Positions 38,648 through 50,672 of a stretch of 64,000 nt of DNA are shown one piece after another. The stretch is from Rhizophagus irregularis (taxonomy: Eukaryota). The stretch is from NCBI RefSeq assembly GCF_026210795.1, contig NC_089435.1, positions 5,208,001 to 5,272,000 on the forward strand, read 5' to 3'. The translations under genes were made by a program, and so were the position numbers. Under the pieces are notes generated by a model, which worked only from the letters and a program-made list of their open reading frames with translations, searched no databases and was not told the DNA's origin. Each line of letters opens with the position of its first letter. Within the stretch, counting starts at the first letter, position 1.

Positions 38648-39426
38648 ATCTTTACAGAAACTTTAAGTTTTCAAATGATATCATATTGATATCATTTTAA
38701 TATTGATTCAATATCAATTTAATATCAATATGATATCAAAATAAAATATTATCATTTTAATATTAAAATAATATCAAAATAGTATCAAAATGATATTAAA
38801 ATGATAATTGAAATAACATCGAAACAATATATTTAAGTTTAACTTAAAGATATCATTTTGATGTCATTTCAGATATTATTTTGATATTAATTTAAGAGTG
38901 AATTTATTTACCGCACCCTGTGTTACAACACATCCTTCCTTTTTTGTAAATTGTTTATGTCGATCTTTAGTTTATACACCGCACCCCTTAAAATGGCAAA
39001 TGATAAACATAAAAATATATATAAATTTGTAACGCAGAGTGCGGTAAATACATTATTTCTTAATTTAATATTGATTCAATATTAATATGATATTAATTTA
39101 TTTTGATATCACATCGATATTAAATTGATATTAAATCAATATTGAAATAATGTTAAAATAATACTGTTAAGCAGTGGGAAATTCCAGTTTCCAATGAAAA
39201 TTTTACTGGAATCTGGAATCTGAAACATTGGAATTTTGATTCCAAATTGATTCCAATGGTTTCTGGAATCTGGAAATTTGATTTCAATGCTTCCAAAACC
39301 ACTGGAATTAATCTGGAATACATGTTTCCAGATTCCAGATTCCAGAAAATGCCAACACTGCTGTTAAGATAAACTTAATGATATCAATTCTATATTGATT
39401 AAAAATGTTAAGTTTCTGTAAAGATA
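38648..39426. mobile_element. AT-rich foldback element with two nested MITEs
   Basis: IR tctttacagaaactt / aagtttctgtaaaga. Nested 38896-39059 (9-bp TSD ttaatttaa, MULE-like) and 39172-39360 (cagtg...cactg, 8-bp TSD ctgttaag, hAT-like). Confidence 0.75.
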
Positions 39427-39494
39427 TAGATTTACTTTAATATTGTTCTTTTTTTCAAAAACATTTTAAAATTATTTACAAAATTATTTTATTA

Positions 39495-39975
39495 CACAGG
39501 TCAAAAAGTAAAAAATCAGGCATCAATCAGTCACCAATCGGCATTTTTGCCAAATACCGTTACCAATCAGGCAGTTTGCTAACTTTTGATCCAGTGATCA
39601 GAAAAAGATAAAATATAACTCATTGGAATCGTCTCAACAAGACGAATCTAATGGTAGTAAAATTGCATTTCTAGGATTAATACTTGATGAGAAATTAAGT
39701 AAAATATAAAAATAAAAATGTATCAATTATATTTTATTTAATTTTTTATTAACTATTAATCATAGAGATGCGATTTTACTACCATTAGATTTGTCTTGTT
39801 GAGACGATTCCAATGAGCTATATTTTATCTTTTTCTGATTACTGGATCAAAAGTTAGCAAACTGCCTGATTGGTGACGGTATTTGGCAAAAATGCCAATC
39901 AGTCACCAATCAGTCACCAATCAGCTACCTGATTGGTGACCAATTGGTGACTGATTTTTCACTTTTTGACCTGTA
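39495..39975. mobile_element. Foldback MITE, CACAGG family
   Basis: TIR cacaggtcaaaaagt / actttttgacctgta; 3-bp TSD tta. Confidence 0.9.
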
Positions 39976-40763
39976 TTAGTTTATTCACAATATTGTATAG
40001 TAATTCTAAAATTTACATTTTTAACATTAACCTACTATTCTAATTTAAACCTCACTTTTAATTTTCGATTCCTAATCTCTTAAGCCTATACAAAATTCTA
40101 AGTTTTAAATGTCTTTACTTAACTCTTCTTTCATATTTTCCATAAAGTAGTTTACATTTAATATTAATAAAAAAAATATATTTATATTCAATATTAGTAA
40201 TAAAACAGAATTTTACATTTAAATATTAATGAAAGGAATAGTTAAAATAAAAATATTTTAAGAGAAAAAGAAAGAAGCTGTAGGAAATACTGATTTACTT
40301 AATAATTGAAAGTTTATTAAAAGTATAATTTATGTAATTATAGTTTATTTTACATTATTACAATAAAAAAATTACACAAATCTTATGACTACTATTATAT
40401 AATTAAATTAATCAAATCACATGACAAATGGGTATAATGATAAATCACATATATGACAAATCATAATTTTTTTAATTATATTTAAAATTAAATAATTGTT
40501 TTAAAAAAAATAAAAATCTTTACATTTTACTAAACAACTAGATAATTGTAATTTTAATAGTGTTATTTTAATACAATCAAAATCCTATTAATAAATCATA
40601 TTATATATATATTAAAAAATAAAAAATAAAAATAATTTATATACAAATCTATATTACCTATTAATTAGATTTATAACTAATATATTTTATTTAATTTAAT
40701 TTATAAAAATAAAAATAAAAGAATAATAAATTAATAAAAAAAATGAAATGAAATTGTTTTTAT

Positions 40764-43700
40764 TTAAGAATTATATGATAATATCTATTATAAAAAAAAA
40801 ATATTAGATTTATATAGTATTAAAATTAATAAATTATAATATTACTTACATTAATAATAATACCAGCAGCAATTGTTTCTCCACCTTTTCTTAACATAAT
40901 TCTTCCTAATTCTTTATTTTCCTTATAAGTTTCAAAAGGAACTGGTCTATTAGTAAGTTTAATTTCAACAGTAGCAGATGATGCTTTAGGAAGACATCTA
41001 TTAATTTTATTAAAATAATAATTAATTTTTAAATTATTGGAAATTAATAAATTATTAAATGTTTTACCTTGGATTTTTCTTTACAATTTCTCCTGTACTT
41101 TTATCTAAAATAGTAACTAATTTGGTTATAATAGCCGGTTCATTAAGACTTTGTCTATGAAGAATAACCTAAATATATAATAAGTTAAATAATAAAATTA
41201 AAGAAAAATTTATACTATCATTTATATATGACTTACAGGAAATCCTTTTGTAATTGGAACTTTAATATCAAATACAACAATTTGTGCTAAAATATATGAT
41301 GTTACAGGAACTGGATGTGATACTGAACACAAAATAGATCCAACTCTATATATAAAAAAGTTAATAATTAATGGAAATTTTTATAACAAATAAATATATT
41401 GCTTACTTAAGTTGGAGAATGTCTAATCCAGATAATGTCATTAAAATAGAATCTCCAGCAGCTGCCCATTTTGAAGATTCATCATTTGCTTCCAAACCTT
41501 TAATTATTAATATTTCATTATATTTTAATATTCAATAATTTCCATTTTTATTTTTTTTAAAAAATAAATTATACCTTTTATTACACCATATTCACCACCA
41601 GGAATAACCAAAACATCATCTCCAATCTGAATAGTTCCTGCTTCTATTTTTCCAGCAACAGTAATACCTCCCATACCACTTATTCCTCCTTTAAAAAAAT
41701 CTGAAACTGAAAGTCGAAATGGTTTATCTAAAAGTCGTATAGGAGGTTCAAACTTATCTATAGATGTATTAAAAGTTATATTATATTAGACGGTCAAAAA
41801 CATAGTTATGTTAAACTGTACAAACCTATTTGTTGAAATAAAGTTGGTCCAGAATACCACTCCAAAATATTTTGAGATCTCTTTAACAAATTTTCTCCTG
41901 TCAATCCACTACAAGGAATATATATTACTTTATCCTTTTTAAATCCAGCTTGATTCAAAAAAGGACTTAACTTGGTTATGATCTCATTAAACCGATCTTG
42001 TGACCAACCTACCTGTGGATCAAAAAAAAAAAAAATTATTTATTTATTTTAAATCAATGTATTCTTATAAACTAATATATACACTTACAACGTCTAATTT
42101 ATTAATTGCTACAACCAATTGTTGTACACCCAAACTTCTAACAAGTAATGCATGTTCTTTTGTTTGACCATTTGCTTCAAATCCAGCTTCAAATTCACCA
42201 GTAGTAGAATCGATTACAAGAATAGCAACATCTGCCTAGTATTTAAAAATGGTAATCCATTTATTAATAAAAAAAAAATAATTTTTTTTTTCTGAAAACA
42301 ATTTCATCTACCTGAGCTGCTCCCGAAATCATATTTGGAATAAAATCTCGATGCCCTGGAGCATCTAATAATGTAAATCTTCTATGTTCAGTTTCAAATT
42401 TGGTGATTGCAATATCCATTGTGATACCTCTAGATTTATAAAGTATTTGAATAAACTAATTGTATATATAATATACTAATTAATATGCTTTGAAAATTTA
42501 TAATTCATGCAAACATCATACCTGGCACGTTCTTCACCCGTTTCATCAAGAATCCACGCATACGCAAAAGATGACTTTCCAATTTTTGAAGAGTCTCTTT
42601 CATATTTTTTCATAGTCTTTTCATTGACTTCACCAAGTAAATACAATAAGTGACCCATTAGTGTACTTTTTCCTGCATCAACATGTCCTTTATATTAATA
42701 CATAGGTATAAATAGTTAGCCTATATAATATCCAATATTAATCACAAAGTACTATGTAAGTTTATACACTTACCAACAACCACTAAATTTAATGCCACTT
42801 TATTATCATTCCGTTTCTTGTATTCTTCAAGAACATTAATACGCTTATGCTTAGGTGATATTTTTGGTGGCAATTTTGTTACTTTTTTAGAAGAGGTATT
42901 TTCAACGTTAAGATTAAGCGCTTCCATATCAAATCTCAGTTGTTTATCAACATTATTATCATATAAAACTTCAGCGCCGTTATCTTCTTCAAGTAAAACA
43001 GTTGTAAGTTGTTTTTCTTTGGATTCTGGCTTTTGTGCTGTTTTTAATATGGGACTTGATGCTGAAGCATTTGATGATGTAGAAGAAACATCTTGTTTGG
43101 CTTTATCTAATCATTAAATAAACAAGATATTAATAATATAAAATGGTTGGAATATGACAAAAAGGATTAAAATACCTTTTAATGTACCAGTATTTCTTTG
43201 ACGTTGTGCCTTCAAAGCAGTATCATCAGGGCTTGGTGTATTAAAAGCAAACCCACTATTGTTTGAGCCTGCTGTGTTAAGTTCAAAAGTAATTAAATCA
43301 TTAGAAGGCACTAGATTATCTTGAAGTTGTTCAAATATGGAAGTAGCGAAAATGGATGGCGGTGCAATATGAGGATTTAATAATAATTGATGTGAATTCT
43401 GAATGAATTCCTTAGATTGAGTAATTTCTGAAATTTGGTCATTCATTATAGTCTGAGACACCTCATTAACTATTTCGCTTGATGAAGATAATGTTGTTGA
43501 ATCATGCAAGCAATTTGTATCAGATGATAAAGTTTTTGATTGTTTGGAAATTATAGGGGTCATTGTTTTTTGCAATGGGGATCTATTATCTAATTTTTTT
43601 GACGCAAGTCTAGTTAAAGAAACACGTCCAGAAGACTGTAAAATAGATTTTTGAGCTAGAGATGATAAAGATGGAGCTTGACTGTTCAACTGCAAGCTAG

Positions 43701-45060
43701 AAGAAGTTTGAGATTTGGATGACTCTAATTTTAACGTGGTATTTGTTGCCATGCTAGATAATGATGGCCTAATTGATTGTTTCATATTCAACTGAGCCAG
43801 AGATGACAGTGATAGTTCAGATGAGCGTATCTCAGGTTTCGAAAATGAAGACTCTCCTACGTTGAGCTGGCTATCAATATTATTATTAATTCTGACTGAG
43901 AAACGTTTATGTTCATTTGTCGTTCTAGTTGAAAACATATCATTAGTGGAATCCAACTGGCTATGCAAACTCGAGAGTTTCGATTGTGTTGATTTGGGCT
44001 TTTCAGAATCTGCACCACCTAGTAACCCGCCATAATGCAAATTTTGTTGCATTTCATGAATTGAATTTTCTGCAAACATTAATTTATTAGGAGTAAGACT
44101 ACACCATTTTACGTCATGTCCCATCCAAATGTCATTGGGGGAAACACAATTTGCAAAAATAGTTCTAGTTTTGTTTTCTAATAAATGGTGACTTTCAGGA
44201 TTTCGCTGATTTGCACCAAAGACCACAGGGCTCGGATATCGTTTCCCATGATCCACATTAGACAATAGATCTGTTGAGTTTGAGAAGATCAAAGCCGAGA
44301 GAAGATTCTCGGTTAATGTGAATGACCAAGAAAATTATTTGCTTGTAATTTCATTAATATTAGTCATTCTTAATAATAGAATAAAATAACCGCCATCCAC
44401 TTCTAAAAAAAAATAAAGTAAAATAAGAGATAAAGACTCGAATCACCTTTCTTTACGGGAATAGTTTTATTAGAACCCAATTTCTTTTGTGATTTTTTAT
44501 TTGCTTTGGATTTATGAACCTCGTCTAAGAACAAAATTAATTCTAATGGTTATTACCGTAGAGATCACGATGGAACTCAAACATAATCTATACCAATACA
44601 AACAACTAACGTACCTAATAAGTACGCTATTGTATCCTCTGTATTATAATAATAATTCCATAAAGCATTTTCGATATCTTTATCAGATATCCCTTCTACT
44701 TGTCCGATAACATTTCTAACAAACATTTTCCCTTTGTCCATTTGTGCTAGGATGTTTATAACAGTATAAATGTTTCGATTCAATCAAAATTCATTTTACT
44801 ATTTGTCAAACCTTTATCTTCCGGAGTCATTTCATAATTTTCTTAGAATATTAAATCAAAATTAATTAATTTATATTTGAAATATCAACCTAGGAAAGAA
44901 ATTTGTAGTTACCATCATCATAATCGTCATAATCATAGTCATAATTCTCTGTTTCTGCAAGTATATCTGAAGGAGAATTAATTAAATTAGCATATAAAGT
45001 CAAAGCATACAATAAATTACCTGCAGCATTCAGGCTTCTAACCACTCTATGTCGAGACAT
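40764..45060 (-). CDS. HBS1: HBS1-like translational GTPase (Hbs1/Ski7 family), multi-exon
   Basis: Starts [11 protein letters not shown]1 N-domain [21 protein letters not shown]1 GHVDAGKST, switch ERARGITMD, G3 DAPGHRDF, G4 NKLD, then EF-Tu-like domains II/III ending TIAAGII. Canonical short GT-AG introns; last exon 40764-40784 inferred. Confidence 0.93.
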
Positions 45061-46138
45061 TATTTCTGATCAGCTTATTCGAGAATTATTTCTTTTTAAA
45101 AAAACGATTTTCGTTCCGCGTGACAGGTTACACATCTGTGCACATGATTCGGATGATTATTTTTGGTAATTATACAGTACATTGATATTTATTTATAATA
45201 AACTATTAAGGTATTATATCTTACTTTCTTTTGCTAATAGATTGTTAATATTATAATTGTTGACTTTCTTAAAATAGTTTTGTTTAATTATTTTGATACT
45301 TTACAAATATGATATAATATTATTCCTAATACATTGCATTATGGTCCAAATCTCTCCAAATTCTTAGTGTAGTTTGGCGATTTTTTAGTGCTTTAATATT
45401 ATCATTCATCTTTTCCAATAATTTAAAATTTGGCCAAATATTTTTTTAACCATAGATGACATTTAGCTTAAACTTGATATTATTTCAATGTTTATTAACC
45501 TTTTACAATGCCAGTACCATTTTTAAATAAGTGGAAGTATCACTTTTTTTATCTAACAATAAATGTTTGTTGGTTGTTTTTCAAGAAGAAGAGAGCCCTT
45601 TTTCTCACTATAAGAAATAATATATAATGCCCAATTTTACAATTAATATTTTCAATATTATCACTACTATTATTTTTTAAAATTGCATTAACTAATGTTG
45701 ATAATTCAATATCAAAATATATGTTTAATTCAGTATTTTCTCCTTCATAAAATTTAGGTGTGATGAAAAATATGTGACAAATAGGATTTCATTTTGAAAA
45801 AAAACTGGCAAAGTCTTTCAGATAAATATAAATAGTGAAACTCAGATAGTACACAAGTTTTGCAGGTGTAATTTTTTGTGTCATAGGGGTAACAAATAAG
45901 TTTTTGATACTGAAAAAATTCTGTGTCTCTCAGATAATTATAATAGTATTTTTGAACTCATAGCTGCACATGTGACAATTTAAAAATGATTTATCCCATT
46001 TACCTCAGCATCACTCCAAGATTTTCCATTCCCACGTGACTTGTAATTTTAAGTAAAATTAATTGTTTGAAATTACTAATATTTTCGTAAAAATGAAATT
46101 AATATTTTTGTAAAAAAAATTTTTTTGTATAATAAATC

Positions 46139-46585
46139 CACAGGTCGAAAAGTGAAAAATCAGTCACCAATTGGTGACCGATTGGCATTTTCGCCAAATA
46201 CCGTCACCAATCAGACAGTTTACTAACTTTTGATCCAGTGATCAGAAAAAGATGAAATATAGCTCATTGGAATCATCTTAACAAGACGAATCTAATGGTA
46301 GTAAAATCGCATCTCTAGGATTAATAGTTAATAAAAAATTAAATAAAATATAATTGATACATTTTTATTTTTATATTTTACTTAATTTCTCATCAAGTAT
46401 TAATCCTAAAAATGCGATTTTACTACCATTAGATTCGTCTTGTTGAGACGATTCCAATGAGCTATATTTCATCTTTTTCTGATCACTGGATCAAAAGTTA
46501 GTAAACTGCCTGATTGGTGATGGTATTTAGCGAAAATGCCAATCAGTCACCAATTGGTGACTGATTTTTCACTTTTTGACCTGTG
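46139..46585. mobile_element. Foldback MITE, CACAGG family (second copy)
   Basis: TIR cacaggtcgaaaagtg / cactttttgacctgtg; 3-bp TSD atc. Confidence 0.92.
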
Positions 46586-47029
46586 ATCTTAACATTTTTA
46601 TTTATATTAGAAATTTTAAATTTTTCTTATTACATAAAAATTTTGTAAATTTACGTGCTAATTTTTTCTCCTTTTTGGATAAATCTTTAATAGTATTTAT
46701 AAGCAAAAATGTAAAATTTTAAGAAAACCATTAAAAAAACAAATTGAAAACCTTTCATATCACACAGAAGTTTGATATATAGTTTTTTTGTTTCTATATC
46801 CCTAAATTTCATAATTACAAATTTCTAATATCATCCAATTCATATAAAACTTTTGCTTCCTGTTAAAATAATCTAAACTAATAAATAAACTACTTTTGCA
46901 TAAGTAAATAACTATGACTGAAATACCATTTACAATTAAGATGCATTAAAAATCTAAACATGGTAGTTAGTTTATTGTTAGTAGTTAAAAAATAAAGTAT
47001 TATAAGAACTATCTTTAAAGGTTCGAACT

Positions 47030-50000
47030 ATTGTTCTTCTTCTTTTGTAAACTATAATTTCAGTCAACATTTTTTCAATTGGTTAAACATTTTTTTCAAC
47101 ACTTTTCACCCATTTAAAATTTCCTTTATCTTGTTGATCTATTAGACCATTAATAAAGAATTACATTAAACTTAATTTAATTAATTATAAATCAATTACC
47201 TTTAAGAATATCAAGTACTTTTTCTGTTGTACTAATAAGTCTTTTATATATCTCTTTACAAACTTGTAAATTTTCATCTTCAGCAACTTCAAAAATTAAT
47301 GCTATTTGTAAATTATGAGTATTAGATCATTCAAAATCAATAATTTGAGAAGATATTGTATTAATAAAAGGATATTGATGATAACGATAAACTATATCAA
47401 AAAATAAAGTATTCACTATTCCTTTTTGTTGCATAAGATATTTACAAATTAAAAAATGGCTAGTAAGAAAAGATAGGTATCCACAAAACCAATTATTAAT
47501 GTTAGTTAAATATAAGTCATTATTAAGAACTCGTAATGAAAGTTCCTTCCATTCCCTTTTGAATGCTTTTTACCAATCAGCTTTCTCTCGTTTTACAACA
47601 AAAATTTGATTAAATTTTTTTCATTATATGGAACCACTTGCTTCATGATAATAAAGACAACTAAATCCAGACACGAGTGAAAGAATTTGTATAGAAAATC
47701 ATGCTTTAGTACTTTTCAGTAAACTTTCACAAACATATTAGTTTTCATAATTGAAAATTTATTACTACATCCTACCCAAAACCATAGAAACCACTGGTCT
47801 ACACTATACCATTCATTTTACAGATAAACTCAAAGCCATGATAATAAATGCTGCTAACAAAAATCATAAATTTCTTTTACAGCTTCTTTCCAAATTTGAT
47901 TTAATAAACGAAACTGTCCATTGGCCATTGAAATAAGTGAATGTTCATGTAAATGTTTATTTATTTTTTTCCAGACTATAGAACATAATTCTTTTGGACA
48001 AAAAATAACTTTCTTCTTAGTTAAATTTATGGGCTAAAATAAAGGATCAATAAAAGAGAATCATAATTTGTGTACTACCTCGCCATTATAGTTAATTTGT
48101 ATTGGTTTTTTATTACTTGATAGTCTTACTTTTACTGCCTTTTCAATATACCAAAGATAGAGTTGTACCTTTATGTTTTTCCAAATAAAATGAATAGCTG
48201 ATATTTGAACAAAATTCTTATCACTTATAAAAAACTCTGATTCTAATTCATCACATTCTTTTAGTTGTACTAGAAAGTCAATTAAGATTCCAGTATGTAT
48301 TCTATTGCCACAATTTCCATTATTCTTCATGAACAAATATGCCAATAAAAATTTCATGCCATCGATTTCGGCTAGGACTCTGATCAGTTCGGTTCAGTAT
48401 GGTTTTTGCCAAAACTAAAACCGAACCGAATTGATCAGTATCGGTATTGTTAATTACCGAAACTGACTGGTAAATACTGAAAACTGAACTGATTTACTGA
48501 TTCATTATCAGTTCAGTTTTTAACGTTTTTGCAACGTTTTTTATTAAAAAAACGTGCAAAAACATTTTTTTTAATTAAATTAACTAATAAAAACGTTTCG
48601 CTAAATTATTGAAAAAAAATGTTGTGAAACATTTTTTTAAATTAAATTAACTAATAAAAAACGTTTTGCAACATTTTCTATTAAATTATTGAAAAAAAAT
48701 GTTGCGAAACATTTTTTTAATCAAATTAATAAATAAAAACATTTCACAACGTTTTTATTAAATTATCAAAAAAAAACATTGCGAAACATTTTTTTTTAAT
48801 TAATTAACTAATAAAAAACTTTTCGTAACGTTTTCTATTAAGTTATTAAAAAAAACGTTGCGAAACGTTTTTTTTAAAAATAAATTAACAAATAAAAATG
48901 TTTCACAACGTTTTTATTAAATCATCAAAAAAAAATGTTGCAAAACATTTTTTTTTAATTAATTAACCAATAAAAAATGTTTCACAACGTTTTCTATTAA
49001 GTTATTGAAAAAAAACGTTGTGAAATGTTTTTTTTTAAAATAAATTAACAAATAAAACCGTTTTGCAACGTTTTTATTAAATTATCAAAAAAAAATATTG
49101 CAAAACATTTTTTTTAATTAATTAACTAATAAAAAACGTTTCGCAACATTTTCTATTAAGTTATGAAAAAAATGTTGCATAACGTTTTTTTTAAATAAAT
49201 TAACAAATAAAAATATTTCGCAACATTTTTATTAATAAATTATCAAAAAAAAATGTTGCAAAACGTTTTTTTTAAAACAAATTAACAAATAAAAATGTTT
49301 CGCAACATTTTTATTAAATTATCAAAAAAAAATATTGCAAAACGTTTTTTTTAATTAATTAACTAATAAAAAACGTTTTGCAACGTTTTCTATTAAGTTA
49401 TGGAAAAAAACGTTGCAAAACGTTTTTTTTAAAATAAATTAACAAATAAAAACGTTTCACAACATTTTTATTAAATTATCAAAAAAAACATTGCGAAACA
49501 TTTTTTTTAAATAAATTAACTAATAAAAACGTTTCGCAACATTTTTATTAAATTGTCAAAAAAAATGTTTCATGACATTTTTTATCAACGTCATGAAACG
49601 TTCAGCAAATCAGTTCAGTAAATTTACCGAAATGATCAGTAAAATTTACCGAAGTGATCAGTAGAAACTGATACCGAAAATATCAGTTCGGTAAATCGGT
49701 TCAGTAAATCGCAAAACCGATACCAAAACTGAAGTTACCAAAACTGATCAGTAAATTTACTGAAAGGTTCAGTTCGGTAAATCAGAATACCGAAACCGTT
49801 CCGATACTGAAACTGATCGGTTCGGTTCGGTAATTACTGAAACCGATCAGAGCCCTAATTTCGGCATGTATTACATATAACTCAATTACTCAAACTTCAA
49901 ATTATTCGTATTATTTAAAAAAGAATAAATATAATTTATCAAATGTATTATAATTAAATTATACAAAAAAAAATACTTACATATAGTATCAACTCCAATT

Positions 50001-50400
50001 TCATGTATTTTGAATTGAGAATTCTTCAATACATTCCATAATTCTGTTAAAAAATCAAGAGAATTTGGACAGTTTTTTTGAAATATAACATGATATGAAC
50101 CTTCTTTAAGCCATTTTTAAGCAGATATAAAAGGATCTTTATCTCGTTTGTATTTATGCTGTCCGATTGCTGTCTACCAATAATGTATTTGTTTTTGATG
50201 AATATTAAGATCTAAACTACATTCAACAAGCTGCTTGTAAATTTCTCGTGAAAGTAAATTAATATTATCTGATATAAAAAGTTTAAGTTCAGGTGAAATA
50301 TTCTTATAGAATGTAAAACATGGTGTATTTCTATATCAGATCTTTATTAAAGCATAGCAGACTTTCCAATTTTCAAATAATCACATGACGATTGGTAAAT
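47030..50400 (-). pseudogene. MULE (Mutator) transposase pseudogene with SWIM-like C-terminus
   Basis: IHEIGVD, ELYVIHAEIDG (continuous across the MITE), FFISDKN...QLYLWYIEKAV, WFCGY..FLTSHFLICKYL; many stops. A possible N-terminal remnant lies at ~54800-55150. Confidence 0.8.
48373..49857. mobile_element. hAT MITE with internal AT-rich array
   Basis: TIR taggactctgatc / gatcagagcccta; perfect TSD atttcggc; accgaa subterminal motifs; internal aaaacgttgcgaaacgtttt repeats at 48520-49580. Confidence 0.95.
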
Positions 50401-50672
50401 GTTATTTTTACTTAAATAACAAATAAAATTTAAGTAAATCATCAAGTTTTCAAGTAATTTTAAATGATGTAACGGTCATAACACTGACATAATTGTTTGT
50501 TATATAGATATAAAAATCGATTCTTCAGGTTATATTTAAACGTATTACAAAAGAATCTGGCTATTGGAAATGGAATCCAGAAGTTATAAATACTTGAAAA
50601 CTTCTTATAAAACAAAAATAAGCATAGTACATTTTCTTTCAAATTGTAATAAGCTGAAGAAACAAAGAAATA

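Noticed and set aside
42818..43117. 99-aa plus-strand ORF
   Set aside because: Antisense to an HBS1 coding exon.
40764..45060. eRF3 (SUP35) or EF-1alpha
   Set aside because: The MSRHR start, the ALWNYYY N-domain and the PSPDD motif point to Hbs1.
45300..45950. Possible decayed coding sequence upstream of HBS1
   Set aside because: No sustained frame or recognisable motif.
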